A stretch of DNA of 64,000 nt from Longimicrobiales bacterium (GCA_965204735.1 OZ242008.1:2944001-3008000); one strand, 5' to 3'. Counted from the stretch's first letter, positions 27,410-40,400 are shown. Translations and numbers: made by a program. The notes: a model not told the origin generated them from the sequence alone.

Positions 27410-27984
27410 GGCAGCAGTCCCTCGGGCGGGTCGATCAAGACGCGCCGTCGCTCCCGGTCGACCTTCACCACGATCTCGGGCGCCATGGGAACCAGCACCT
27501 CGCCGCCGTCCCGTCCAGCGACCTGGAGCAGGTCCGCCGGCTTGAGGGGGAAGACCTCGGTGACCCGCCCCACGGACACGTCGTCGAGGGTGGCGACCTC
27601 CGCGCCCAGCAGCTGGTGGTAGAAGATTTCGTCGTCGGCCAGCGGGTCGATCGCGTCGAAGGGGCGGAAGAGGTAGAGGCCCCGAAGCCGTTCGGCGCCG
27701 TCCCGGTCGCCGACCCCGGCGAACTTGGCCAGGAACCCCTTTCGATAGGGGCGGACCGACTCGATCACCAGTGGGGGCAGGGAGTCGGCGGGCGCACGCC
27801 CTTCTTCGTCGCCGGGAAGGTGAACGGCTCCAGGGGCGAAGTGGCTTGCAGGGTAGTCCGTCAAGGGCCAGACGAAGATCTCGCCCTTGGTGCCGTGGGG
27901 CTTGTTGAGGTGGCCGACGACCAGATGGCTGGGCTGCCGACTGGATTCGCCCTCCGCTGTCGCTCTTTCGCCGTCCGCGGTCAC
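27406..27984 (-). CDS. rimM: 16S rRNA processing protein RimM
   Basis: VG...KPHGTKGE, RDGAERLRG, FYHQLLG, PRC barrel ending PPEGLL. Operon position. Confidence 0.93.
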   Translation of the reverse strand: MTADGERATAEGESSRQPSHLVVGHLNKPHGTKGEIFVWPLTDYPASHFAPGAVHLPGDEEGRAPADSLPPLVIESVRPYRKGFLAKFAGVGDRDGAERLRGLYLFRPFDAIDPLADDEIFYHQLLGAEVATLDDVSVGRVTEVFPLKPADLLQVAGRDGGEVLVPMAPEIVVKVDRERRRVLIDPPEGLLP

Positions 27985-28865
27985 TCCTTGGGCGGCGCCG
28001 GACCGCCCTCTGCCGCCGGGCCGCGCTCCGCGCCGGACTCGGGGTCGGGATCGGTCTGGGGGTCGGCGGCGGATGCGCTGGACGGGGCCTCGGAGTCGGC
28101 CCGGGAGCCGGCGTCGGAGGTGACCTCGGAGTCGGCCTCGGAAGCGGATTGGCTGGTTGCGTCTTCGGACTTGGCATCGCTCGATGCGGCCTCGGCGCTC
28201 GGTGCGGCGTCGCGGTCGGCGCCGTCCCCGGCGGCCTCCGCCCGACCGCTCGCGCTGGCGGCGGCCCCGCTGGTACTGGACTGCCCGCTGGAGTCGGCGG
28301 CGGCCCGGCCGCCGGCCTGGTCGGCCTTGCCCGCGGCGTCGGCCTGGTCAGCGGCCTCGGCCTGGTCAGCGACCTCGGCTTGCCCGCCACCGTTCCTGGC
28401 CGCTTGCCCGCTGGCGCCGCTCTCCGAACTCGGCTCGGCTTCAGGCGCTGCTCCGTCGGCCTTGCCGTCGCTTGCCGTGCCGTCGGTCGCCCCCGCGTCG
28501 TCCGTGGCTGCTCCGCTGTCCACCGCGGCCGTGTCGCCGTCGATCGTGGATCCGCCACCGTCCACCGCCGCGCCGTTCGCTTCCGCCTCGGCGGCAACCC
28601 CGGCCAGCGCGACCGTTGCGTCGCCCCCGGCCCTGGCCTTCGAGACCAAGCTCGCGACCGTGGGGGACGCCTCGGCGCCTTCGCCCAGCCAGTAGTCGAC
28701 TCGCTCCAGGTCCACCGAGAGACGGGCGGGGTGCGGGATCGGGTCGTAGTAGCCGATGTTCTCGACGAAGCGCCCGTCCCTTGGGGATCTGCCGTCGGCC
28801 ACCACGATCCGGTAGTGAGCCTGCTTCTTCTTTCCCATCCGCCGAAGGCGAATCCTTGCTGACAT
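27981..28865 (-). CDS. rpsP: 30S ribosomal protein S16 with long acidic C-terminal extension (294 aa)
   Basis: IRLRRMGKKKQAHYRIVVADGRSPRDGRFVENIGYYDP, YWLGEGA. Confidence 0.95.
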   Translation of the reverse strand: MSARIRLRRMGKKKQAHYRIVVADGRSPRDGRFVENIGYYDPIPHPARLSVDLERVDYWLGEGAEASPTVASLVSKARAGGDATVALAGVAAEAEANGAAVDGGGSTIDGDTAAVDSGAATDDAGATDGTASDGKADGAAPEAEPSSESGASGQAARNGGGQAEVADQAEAADQADAAGKADQAGGRAAADSSGQSSTSGAAASASGRAEAAGDGADRDAAPSAEAASSDAKSEDATSQSASEADSEVTSDAGSRADSEAPSSASAADPQTDPDPESGAERGPAAEGGPAPPKE

Positions 28866-28885
28866 CTGCTGTTGCCGTCCTGGGG

Positions 28886-30193
28886 TTAGATGCGGGGCAT
28901 GAACGCCTTCATGCGCTTCATCGTCTTCTCCATCTCGCCGAACCGCTTCATGAGCCGGTTCACCTCCGACACGGGCCGGCCGCTGCCGCGGGCGATCCGC
29001 TTCCGTCGGGAACCGTCGAGGATCTTCGGCCGTCGCCGCTCCTCGGGCGTCATGGACAAGATAATCGCTTCTACGTGCCTCATCTTCTTGGGGTCCACCG
29101 CCCCGGCCGTCAGGGCGCGGGGCGCGCCGGGCAAGAGCTTCATCAGCTGATCGAGAGGTCCCATCTTCTGAACTTGGCGCATTGCCGACAGAAAGTCTTC
29201 CAACGTGAAGCGCCCCTGGCCCATCGCCTTCCTGTGAAGCCGCGTCGCCTCTTGGGCGTCCACCGTCGCCGAGGCGCGCTCCACCAAGCCGACCACGTCG
29301 CCCATCTGAAGGATCCGGCCCGCCATGCGCTCCGGGTCCACCCGCTCCAGGGCGTCCAGGCCTTCTCCCGTCCCCACGAACTTGAGCGGCTTGCCCGTCA
29401 CGCCCCGGATCGAGAGCGCCGCGCCGCCTCGGGCGTCGCCGTCCATCTTGGTGAGGACGAGACCGGTCACGTCCAGCGCCTCGTCGAAGCCTTGGGCGAT
29501 CCGCACCGCCTCCTGGCCCGTCATGGCGTCGGCCACCAGCAGGATCTCGCGGGGCGCCAGCGCCTGCTTCAGCTGCCGCAGCTCGTCCATCATCGGCTGG
29601 TCGATCTGAAGCCGGCCGGCGGTGTCCACGATCAACGCCGCCGCCTTTTCCCGCCGCGCCCGGCGGTGAGCGGCCTTGGCGACCCGAAGGGGGTCGGTGG
29701 CTCCGTCTTCGTGGTGGACGGGAACGCCCGCCCGCTCGCCCAGCACCCGAAGCTGGTCCACTGCGGCGGGCCGGTAGAGGTCGCACGCCGCCAGCACGAC
29801 GGTTCTGCCGGGACGGGCCAGCCGCTTGGCCAGCTTGCCTGCCGTCGAGGTCTTTCCCGAGCCCTGAAGGCCCACCAGCATGATCACGGTGGGCGGCGCC
29901 GACGACCACTGGAGCTCGCTCTCCCCCTCGCCCCCCATCAGGACCGCCAGCTCGTCGTGGACGATCTTGACGACCTGCTGGCCCGGCGACACCGACTTGA
30001 GGACCTTCTCGCCGAGGGCCCGCTCCTGGACCCGGACCAGGAAGCGCCGGGTCACCTTGAAGTTCACGTCCGCTTCCAGCAGGACGCGGCGCACCTCGCG
30101 CAGCCCGTCCCGGATCATCGGCTCGGTCAGGACGCCCCGTTGTCGGAAGCGTCGCAGAACGCCGTCGAGCTTGTTGCTCAGGTCCTCGAACAT
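28886..30193 (-). CDS. ffh: Signal recognition particle protein
   Basis: LLEADV, GLQGSGKT, DTAGR, TKMDGDARGGAALS, RILQMGD, SMT..ER. Confidence 0.97.
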   Translation of the reverse strand: MFEDLSNKLDGVLRRFRQRGVLTEPMIRDGLREVRRVLLEADVNFKVTRRFLVRVQERALGEKVLKSVSPGQQVVKIVHDELAVLMGGEGESELQWSSAPPTVIMLVGLQGSGKTSTAGKLAKRLARPGRTVVLAACDLYRPAAVDQLRVLGERAGVPVHHEDGATDPLRVAKAAHRRARREKAAALIVDTAGRLQIDQPMMDELRQLKQALAPREILLVADAMTGQEAVRIAQGFDEALDVTGLVLTKMDGDARGGAALSIRGVTGKPLKFVGTGEGLDALERVDPERMAGRILQMGDVVGLVERASATVDAQEATRLHRKAMGQGRFTLEDFLSAMRQVQKMGPLDQLMKLLPGAPRALTAGAVDPKKMRHVEAIILSMTPEERRRPKILDGSRRKRIARGSGRPVSEVNRLMKRFGEMEKTMKRMKAFMPRI

Positions 30194-30246
30194 TCGGTAA
30201 GATAAGCTTCGGCCACGGATGCGTTCAAGGTGTTCGGACCCACTGA

Positions 30247-31423
30247 ATGGACAAGCGCGGCAACCCTTTCCGTCCCGGCGCCGGAGCGCGTCCCCCGGCG
30301 CTTGCGGGGCGGGAGCCGGAGCTGGAAGACTTCGACGTCGCGGTTCATCGGTACATGCAGGGGCATCCAGAACGCAGCATCCTGCTCAGCGGCCTCCGAG
30401 GCGTGGGGAAGACCGTCCTGCTGCGGGAGTGCGAGAGGATTGCGGGGGCCCACGGCTGGGAGTTTCAGAGCTTCGAAGCCGGTCGAGACGACGAGAGCTT
30501 GGCCGGCTTCGTGGCGACGGGGGCCCGGGCGGCGCTGTTGCGGTACTCGCGCTCGGAGCGCCTGAAGGAGGGGGCGCGAAGCGCTCTCGCCGTCCTCCGA
30601 TCGTTCCAGGTCCGCTGGAAGCTTTCGGAGGGGAACGAAGTGGTGCTTGCGGCCGACCCGGCCTTCGGGCGGGCGGACTCGGGCTCGATGGGTCGGGACA
30701 TGATCGACTTGCTGCTGGCGCTGGGCGAAGCCGCGGCCGAGCGTCGGACCGGCGTCCTCTTCACAATCGACGAGATGCAGTTCCTTCCCGGACGCGAATT
30801 GGCGGACCTCTGCATGGCGCTTCACAAGGTCAGCCAGAACGCCGTGCCCGTCATGGTGGCGGGGGCCGGGCTGCCCTCGCTTCCGGGCCTGGTCGGCGAG
30901 GCGAAGTCGTACGGCGAGCGCCTCTTCTCCTTCCGGACGGTCAACAGCTTGTCCCATGACGACGCCCGACGGGCCCTCGTGGATCCGGTGGCGCCCGGGC
31001 TGTCCTGGGAGCCCGACGCCCTCGACGAGGCTGTGGAGACCAGCGGCGGGTACCCCTATTTTCCTCCAGGAGCTGGGCCGGTGCGCGTGGAACGCGACCG
31101 AGGGCCCGGACGCGATCACATTGGCCGATGTACGCCGAGCAACGCCCGAAGCGCTCCGTTCGCTGGACGACGGATTCTTCCGAGTCCGGTTCGACCGTGC
31201 CACCGACGGCGGGCGCAGCTACTTGAGGGCGATGGCGGCGCTCGGTGCGGGACCCCACCGCTCCCAAGACGTGGCCGACCAGCTGGGCAAGAGCGTCGCC
31301 GCCGCGGCGCCGCTGCGTAGGAACTTGATCAAGAAGGGCTTGTGCTACGCGCCTCGGCCTGGGTACGTCGGCTTCACCGTGCCCCTCTTCGACGACTACC
31401 TGCGGCGGACTGCGGAGGCGTAG
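30247..31423 (+). pseudogene. AAA_16/ATPase_2-like P-loop NTPase with C-terminal HTH, split by a one-base frameshift (pseudogene or sequence error)
   Basis: NPFRPG..P..LAGRE, GLRGVGKT, IDEMQ, SGGYPYF. Continues as LQELG...FTVPLFDDYL in another frame after TTTT 31059-31062. Confidence 0.8.
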
Positions 31424-31431
31424 GCCCAGGC

Positions 31432-34400
31432 CTACTTGAAGGTGATCGTGCCGGCAAGTCCGACGCGGCGCTCCGGGGGCTGGAAGCCGTTGGCGACCTG
31501 CTCGCCGAAGAAGTCCATCACCAGGCGGAGGCCGGGGTCCTGCTGCTCGGCGGTCTCGCCGCCTAGCGTCGCCCACTGGGTCCCCACGTTCAGGCGGTAG
31601 CCCGCCGGACCCTCGCGGCTCCAGCGACCGAACGGCTTGATCCGGCCGCCGCCGGGCAGCAGAACGCCGTAGCCCACCTCTATCGCCAGGCGGTCGGGCG
31701 CCCAGCCTCGGGCGTCCTGGGGCGCTCCGAAGCCGTGGGTCGGCCCGGCGCCGGGGCTCGTCGGACCGCCGTGGCTCGTGAGACCACCGTGGCCAGTGGG
31801 GCCGCCGTAGCCGGCTTGGTCGCCGCCGGTGGGCACGCCGCCGCCCGGATTCGCTGGAGCCGGGGCGCCCAGGCCCGGCACACCTGCGGTCCGCCACACG
31901 TCGGCGCCGCCCTGCCACAACGTCTGGGCTCCGCCCGAGGCGTTGCCCCACGACGGCTCCAGCGAGAACGACAGCCCGCCGTCTTCGCGGCCGGGCTGGA
32001 CCCGCAGCGCCACCGCCGCGCCCCACTCCTTGAAGTTCCGGTCCTGGTGGATCAGCAGCATCCGGCCCCGGGCGTCCAGGCTCAGGCCGCTGCCCGCGTG
32101 CACCAACCCGAGGTCGGCGCCCGCTTCGGCGCCCATCCCCGTCTCCGCGTCGCCACCGTCGTAGCGACCGCCCACTTCGATGCGCGTCCGCATGGCGATG
32201 CTGCCGCTCGTCCACTGCCCCGCCAGCTCGGGCGCCAGCCGCACACGCTGCGCGCCAGCCGTCACCGCCGCCACGTGCACGTCCGACGCGTCCGTCATCA
32301 TGCGCACCGCGAAGGCGTCGGCCTTCAGCGCCAAGCCGCCCATCAGCTTCTGGCGCACGCCCAGCGCGCCCATCCGCATCCGCAGGTCGGCGTCGTAGGT
32401 CGGAGGACCCGTCTCGCCGACGTTGGCGGCGCCCCGGCCCGCGCCGGCCAAGCCCCAGACGCCGAAGCCGCCCTGGGACGACCAGCTCGCGTAGGGGTAG
32501 AGGCTGGTCAGGTGGGCCTTCGTCTTGCCCACGCCGTTGATCCCGCTCTCGTAGTTCGCCGCTACGTCGCTGCGCGAGCCGGCCAAGCCCATCAGGAAGC
32601 CCGAGCCGAAGCGGTAGTCCAGGCCCATGTACGCCGAGCGGGTGCGGCCGTCCATGGCGAAGTCGTCTTCGGGGCGGCCCTCGAACTCGCCCACGTTGGC
32701 CTGGCCCCACAGCGTCCAGCCCGTCTGGGAGGCCGTCTGCGCCGGGGATGCGCCGGGCGAGCGGCTGGCGGCGTCGGTGCTGGCGTTGGCACCGGCGTTG
32801 CCCTGCTCGCCACCCGAGTCGCCGCCGAAGGAGAGCTGGAACGAGCTCCGGGAGCGGAGGTCGCGGCCCGTCAGGGGACTGAAGGCGACGCCGCCGCGGG
32901 TGCGCTCGGCGCGGCCCGCGTCCTCTTCCCGCTGGCCCTGGTACGAGCCGCCCAGGCCGAGGGCACCGCCCCCAGCGCCCAAGCCCGCTCCGCCGTCGCC
33001 GAAGAGGATGGTGGCCAAGTCCAGCGTTCCGCCCGGGATGCCGCCAAGTCCCGAACCGGCGGCGCCCGGATGCGTGATCTGGAGCCCCAGCAGCCCCGTT
33101 GCGTTCCGCACGAGCGACTCGAGCCCGCAACGGCCGCCCAAAACGCCCCCGCCCAAGCCCGCGCCCCCTTCGTCCGGGCCAGCGTGGGCCGAGGCCGTGC
33201 TGGTCTGGTCCAACTGGCCCTCCGCACCGCCTTGGCCCATGTCCGCGCCGCTAGCACTAGCCGCACCTCCAGCGTCGGACGCGTGGGCCGAGGCCGTGCC
33301 GCTGGACACACCGCCCGAGCCACGGCCGCCGTCGAACGCGACGCAGCTCAGCGAGCGCCCGCCCAGCTGCATGTGCGAGCGGCCCGGCGGACCCGACGAC
33401 TCCAACCCCAACCGACCGCCGATCGCGTCCACCGTCTCCGTCCCCAGAGACCGTCCGAACGCCGCCAGCGTCAGCTTCAGCGCCCGCGCCCGATCCGCAC
33501 GCGACGCCGACACCGTCACGCTCGCCTGCTGCGTCGCCGTCAGCCCGCCCGCGTCCGTCGCCGTCACCGTCACCACCGCCGCGCCGATCTCCCGCGGCGC
33601 CACCGACAGCCGCCCCGCGCCCGACACCGACGCGGCCGCCACGCTCGGCGACGACGACACCACCACGTAGCTCAGCGCGTCGCCGTCCGGGTCCCGGAAG
33701 TACTCGCCCAGACCCACCTCCCACGGCGCGCCGCCCACCTCCAGCACCGGCGGCGACAGCGAACCCACCGCCTCCGGCCCCTCGTTCACGTCCAGCAGCG
33801 TCACCATGACCGCCGCCTCGGCCGTCAGACCGCCGCCGTCGGTCACACGCACCGCCAGCGCGAACTCCGGTGGACCATCCTCGTAGTCCTCGCCGGCGCC
33901 CACGTAGCGCACCTGTCCGCTCGCACCGTCCACCTGGAACCGACCCGCGTCGCCCTGCGCCAAGCTGTACGTCAGCGCGTCGTCGCGGTCCGGGTCCGTC
34001 GCCTCGACCCGTCCCAGCTCCCGAGGCCCGCGCACGTTCTCCGCCAGCTCGAACGCATATGCAGAGTCCACGAACGCCGGCGCCTCGTTCACGTCCAGCA
34101 GCAGCACCCTCACCTTCGCCACCGCCGCCAACCCCCCACGGTCCGTCGCCACCACCTCGAACTCCCAGCCCTCAGGACCTGTCTCCGCGTCCTCGCCCGT
34201 GCCCACGTACCGCACCACCCCGCTCGACTCGCCCACGTCGAACAGTACCGCGCGCGCGCCGCTCACGCTGTAGACGAGAGTATCGCCCGCGTCCACGTCC
34301 GTCGCCTCGACCGCGCCCAGCTCCACCGGGCCCGCCACGTGCTCCGCCAGCTCCCACTCCCAAATCGACTCCACGAACACCGGGCCCTCGTTCTGGTCCT

Positions 34401-37400
34401 CGATCGTCACCACCACTCGCGTCCGCGCTGCCAGGCCGCCTCGGTCTGTCGCCGTCATCTCCAGCTCCCAGCTGCCCGGGCCCGTCTCCGCGTCCTCGCC
34501 TGCGCCCACGTACTGCACCGCACCGCTCGTCGCGTTCACCTTGAACCGCTCGGCGTCGCCTGCCGCCAGCGCATACGACAGCCAGTCGCCGCCGTCCGGG
34601 TCCGTCGCCCGAACCGCGCCCAGCAGCAGCGGACCGCGAGCGTTCTCCGCCAGATCGAAGGCGTACGCAGAGTCGGCGAACGCTGGTCCCTCGTTCACGT
34701 TTGTCAGCGCCACCGCCACTACCGCCTTGGCGCTCGAACCCGCCAGGTCCGTCGCCGTCACCTCCAGCTCCCACGACTTCGGTCCCGCGCCCTCGTAGTC
34801 CTCGCCCGAGCCCACGTACCGCACCGCGCCCGTCGCGCCGTCCACCTCGAAGCGATCGGCGTCGCCCGCCGCCAGCCGGTACGTCAGCGTGTCGCCCTCG
34901 TCCAGGTCCACCGCCTCCGCCACGCCCAGCGCCAGCGGCCCGGCAGCGTTCTCCGCCATGGCGAAGGCGTAGCGCTCGGCCGTGAACACCGGCGCGTCGT
35001 TCACGTTCACCAGCCGCACCGTCACCGTCGCGTCGCCCGTCCGCTCTCCGTCGTCGGCCGTCGCGCGCACGATCATCACGAACTCCGAACGCGACTCCGC
35101 GTCCTCGCCCGTCCCCACGTACCGCACCTCGCCGGTGCGCGCGTCCACCTCGAAGAGACCCTCGTCGCCCGCCGCCAGAGAGTACGTCACCTCGCCGCCG
35201 AAGGGGTCCGTCGCGCTCACCGTCCCCACCACCACCGGCCCCGCCACATCCTCCGTCAGCTCGAACTCGTACTCCGCGCGACCGAACACCGGGTCCGTGC
35301 CACCCGCCCCGTTCACCTGGTGCTCCTCCAGGTTCTCCATCGCAAGCTCGCCCAGGTCCAGCGCCGCCGCCGTCGTGCCGCCCGCGATCCGCAGCGCAGC
35401 GCCGCCCGTCGCAGTCAGCGCGTCGGCCGGGATGCTGATCCCGTCCTCGTCCCGGTCCGCAGGCTGAACCACGTACTCGAACACCACCGCCGGCGTGCCA
35501 GAACCCGACACGTAGCTCGCCTGACGCACCGCCGTCCCGATCTCGATCGCCAGCTGCGGCGCGCCCACCACCTCCACCGGACGGCTGAACGTCACCGTCA
35601 CACGGATCACGCCGCCGGGACCGTACAGCCCGCTCGCCCCCGGCGTGCTCGTCACCGCCATCCCCATCACCGCCGGAACCGCCTCCGCCGTGCCGTCCAC
35701 CTTGTCGTTCGCTGCCGCCGCGATTGCGTGGCTGCCCAACGCCAGAACCGCCGGACGAACCCCGTCCGCCGTGTTCACGATCGTCGCGCCGTTCAGCGTC
35801 AGCGCCGCAGCTGCCACGCCCACGCCGTCCGCGTCAGCGTCCACGCCGCCCGTCCCGCTCCCGCCACTGCCCGCGCCCTGCACGCGGTACGCGAACGACA
35901 GCGTCGCCGTGCCGCTGCCGCCGACGTAGCTCGCCTGCCGCGTCGTCGTGCCCACCGTCAGCGCCAGCTGCGGCGCGCCCGTCACCGTCACCGCACGGTC
36001 GAACGTCACCTGCACCTCGATCCGCTCGCCCAGGCCGTAGGTGTCGCCGCTCTCCGGCGTGCTCGACACTGCGACGCCCGTCACCGACGCGCCCGCCAGC
36101 GTACCGTCCACCTTGTGGCCGGCAGCAGTGCTCAACGCATGGCTGCCCAGTCCCAGAGCCGCCGCAGTCGTGCCGTCGCGGGCGTCGTTGAGCGTCCCGC
36201 TGTTCAGCGCCAGCGCGCTCGCGCCCACCTCGATCCCGTCCGCGTCCGCGTCCGCAGCCACCACCGTGTAGTGGAACGTCAGCGTGTACGTGCCCGTCCC
36301 GCTCGCGTAGTCCGCCTGCCGCGTCTGCGCGCCCACCGTCAGCGCCACCTGGGGCGTGCCCGTCACGCTCACGCGACGGTTGAACGTCACCTGAACCTCG
36401 ATCTGCTCGCCCCGACCGTACGTCGTCGCCACCGCAGGCGAACTCGTCAGCGACACGCCCGACACCGACGCCGCCGTGAACGTCCCGCCCGCGACCTTGT
36501 GGCCCGCGCTGTTCGTCACCGCGTGGGCGCCCAGCCCCAGAACGGCGTCCACCGCCCCGCCCGCCACGTCGATCATTCCGCCGCTCAGCGCCAACGCGCT
36601 CGCGCCGATGCTCAACCCGTCCGCGTCCACGTCCGCCGTCACCACCACGTACCGGAACACCAACGACGCCGTGCCCGTCCCCGATGCGTAACCCGCCTGC
36701 CGGGTCTGCATCCCGATCGTCAGCGCCAGCTGCGGCGTGCCCGTCACGTCCACTCCCTTGTTGAACGTCACCGTCGCTACCACCGTGTCGCCACGCTCGA
36801 ACGTGTCGCCGATCGGCGGCGACGCGACCGACACCCCGCTCACCCCCGGCGGGCCCTGGGCACCGTCCACACGGTGGCCCGTGCTGTTCGATATCGCGTG
36901 GCTACCCAGCCCCAGGCTCGCAGCCGTCGAACCGTCGCGCGCGTCCGAGATCGTCCCGCCGTTCAGCGCCAGCGCGCTCGCGCCGATGCTGATCCCATCG
37001 GTGTCCGCGTCCGCAGCCGCCACCGTGTAGCGGAACGTCAGCACGCGCCCGCCCGCCGCCACGCTCGTCGCCGAATCGTACGCCGCCTGCCGCGTCTGGC
37101 TCCCGATTGTCAGCGCCAGCTGGGGCGCGCCCGTCACCGTCACGTTGCGGTCGAACGTCACCTCCACCTCAATCTCCTCGCTCAACCCGTACGTGCTCGC
37201 GCCCGCCGGGCTGCTCGTAATCGACACGCCGCTCACCGCCGCCGCCGTGAACGTCCCGCCCGCAACTCGCAACGCGCCGTCATTGCTGATCGCGTGATGC
37301 GCCAAGCTCAGCAAGGCGTCCGTCGTCCCCCCCGCCACGTCGATCGTACCCCCGTTCAGCGCCAGCGCGCTCGCACCCACGCTCAAGCCGTCGGTGTCCG

Positions 37401-40400
37401 TGTCCGCCGTCACCACTACGTACCGGAACACCAGCGCCGCCGTCCCCGTCCCCGATGCGTAGCCCGCCTGCCGCGTCTGCCCGCCGATCCCCAGCGCCAG
37501 CTGCGGCGTCCCCGTCACGTCCACCGCCTTGTTGAAGGTCACCGTCGCAACCACCGTGTCGCCGCGCTCGAACGTACCGCCCGGCGGCGCCGTCACCGAC
37601 AAGCCCGCGACCCCCGGCGGCCCCTGGCTGCCGTCCACCTTGTGCGCCGCAGCGTTCGCCACCGCGTTCGACCCCAAGCTCAACGCTGCAGCAGCAGCGC
37701 CCGGACGCACGTCCGCAATCGACCCGCCGTTCAGCGTCAACGCGCTCGCACCTATGCTGATCCCGACCGTGTCCGCGTCCGCCGGACGGACCGCGTACCC
37801 GAACACCAGCGTGTCCACCTTGCTCAAAGCCGAATCGTAGCTCGCTTGCCGCGTCTGCGTCCCGATCGTCAGCGCCAGCCGCGGCGTGCCCGTCACCGCC
37901 ACCGGACGGCTGAACGCCACCTTCACTTCGATCTGCTCGCTCAGCTTGTACGTGCTGTCCGCCGCAGGCGCGCTCGAGATCGTCACCGCGCTCACCGCCG
38001 GCGTCGTGAACGTCCCGCCCGCAACCTTGTGCCCCGTGCTGTTCGTCACCGCGCTCGCGCCCAGCCCCAGCACAGCGTCCAACGTCCCGCCCGCAACCTT
38101 GATCGTCCCGCCGTTCAGTGCCAACGCGCTCGCCCCGATGCTCAACCCGTCCGCGTCCGCGTCGCCGCTCGCCACCACGTACCGGAACACCAACGTGTCC
38201 GTGCCCGTCCCGCTCGCGTAGCTCGCCTGCCGGGTCGCGCTCCCGATCGTCAGCGCCAGCTGCGGCGTCCCCGTCACGTCCACCGCCGGCGTGAACGCCA
38301 ACGCCACCTCGATCGTCTCGCCCCGCTCGAAGGTGTCGCCCACCGTCGGAGAACTGATCGACACCGCCGTCACCCCCGGCGGACCAATGCTGCCGTCCAC
38401 CTTGTGCAAAGCAGCGTTCGCAACCGCACTCGAACCCAGACCCAAGCTCGCCGCCGCCGTGCCGCCCGCGAGCACGATCGCACCCCCGTTCAGCGCCAAA
38501 GCGCTCGCGCCGATGCTGATCCCGTCCGAATCGCTGTTCGCCGTCACCACCACGTAGCGGAACGTCAGCGTCTGCGTCCCCGAACCGCTCGCGTAGCTCG
38601 CCTGCACAGTGTCGCTGCCGATCTCCAGCGCCAGCTGCGGCGTCCCCGTCACCGCCACCGAACGCTCGAACTCCACCTCCACCTCGATCGCCTCCGTCCG
38701 TCCGTACGTCGAGTCGGCGCCCGCGTCGCTCGATATCGTCACCCCGCTCACCCCCGGCGCCACCTCCTTCGTGCCGTCCACCTGGAACGCCGCCGCGTCC
38801 GCAAAGCTCCACGGCGTCAAAGTCAGCCGCGCGTCCGTCGTCGTGCCCGTCCCACGGATCGTCGCACCGCCCGGCAGCGTCAGCGCGTTCGCCCCGATGC
38901 TGATCCCCGTCGAGTCGCTGTCCGCCCCAACCACCGTGTAGCAGAACACCAAGATGGTACCGCCCCCTGTCGTGCCGCACTGCGCAGCGCTCCGCGTCTG
39001 CGTCCCGATCCCCAGCGCCAGACTCGGCGTCCCCGTCACCGTCACGCCCGTGTTGAACCCGACGCCCACGCGTATCGGGTCGCCGAGACCGTACACGCTG
39101 TCCGTGCTCGCGTAGCTGATCCCGCCGAGCGTCGCCGACAGGAAGAACGCGCTCGTCACGTACGGCACGTCGCCCGCCACCTTGTGCGCCCCGGCGTTCG
39201 AGAACACGTGCGAGCCCAACGCCAAGTCCGCCGCGTCCGACCACAGCCGACCGTCCGCGATCGTGTCCGACGCGCTCACCGCCAGCGCGCCCGCCCCCAC
39301 GCTGATCCCGTCCGCGTCCGCGTCCGTCGCCTGAACCACGTACCGGAACGTCACCCGCGTGAACGTCGCGTCCCTGCGGTTGTACTCCGCCTGGCGCGTC
39401 GAGTCGCCGACCGCCAAAGCCAGACGCGGCGTCCCCGCCACGTACACGCCCCGCACGAACTCCACCTCCACCTCGATCGCCTCGCCCCCCAAGTACGTGT
39501 CGCCCACCGCCGGAGTGCTCGTTATCCTCACGCCCTTCACCACCGGCGTCGTCCGCGTGTTGCCCGCAACCTTGTGCGCCGCGCTGTTCGAAATCGCGTG
39601 AATGCCCAGCCCCAACACCGCGTCCGTCGTCGTCCCCATCCGCCGAATCGTCGACCCGGACGGAGTCTCCAAAGCGTTCGCCCCGATGCTGATCCCGTCC
39701 GCGTCCGCGTTCGTCTGGAACACCGTGTACTCGAACTCCAGCGACGTCGTGCCCGAACCCCTCCGGTACCACGCGTTACGCAAGCTCGACCCGAGCCCGA
39801 CACGCACCCGCGGCGTGCCCGTCACCGTCACCGCAACGGTGAACTCAACCGTCACGACCACCGCGTCGCTCAACTCGAACGTGCTGTCCGTCGGCGCATC
39901 GTTGAGCGACACGCCCGTCACCCGCGGCGGACCCGTGCTGCCGTCCACCTTGTGCGCCGCCGCGTTCGTGATCGCGTGGCTCCCCAAACCCAGGCTCGCG
40001 GGCGTCGCGCCCGGACGCACGTCGTTGATCGACCCGCCGTTCAGCGTCAAGGCGCTCGCGCCGATGCCGATTCCAACCGTGTCCGCGTCGGCAACACCGA
40101 CCGAGTACACGAACACCAGCGTGTCCGCCTTGCTCGTCGCCGACCAATACCTCGCCTGCCGCGTCGCGCTCCCGATCGTCAAAGCCAGCTGTGGCGAGCC
40201 CGTCACCGCGACCGGCCGCGAAAACGCCACCTTCACCTCGATCAACTCCGCCCCCCCGTACGTGCTGTCGCTCGCCGGCGTGCTCGATATCGTCACCGCG
40301 CTCACCGCCGGCGTCGTGGCCGTGCCCGTCACCTTGTGGCTCCCGCTGTTCGTCACCACCACGCTCGCGCCCAGCCCCAGCGTCGCGTCCGCCGTCCGGC

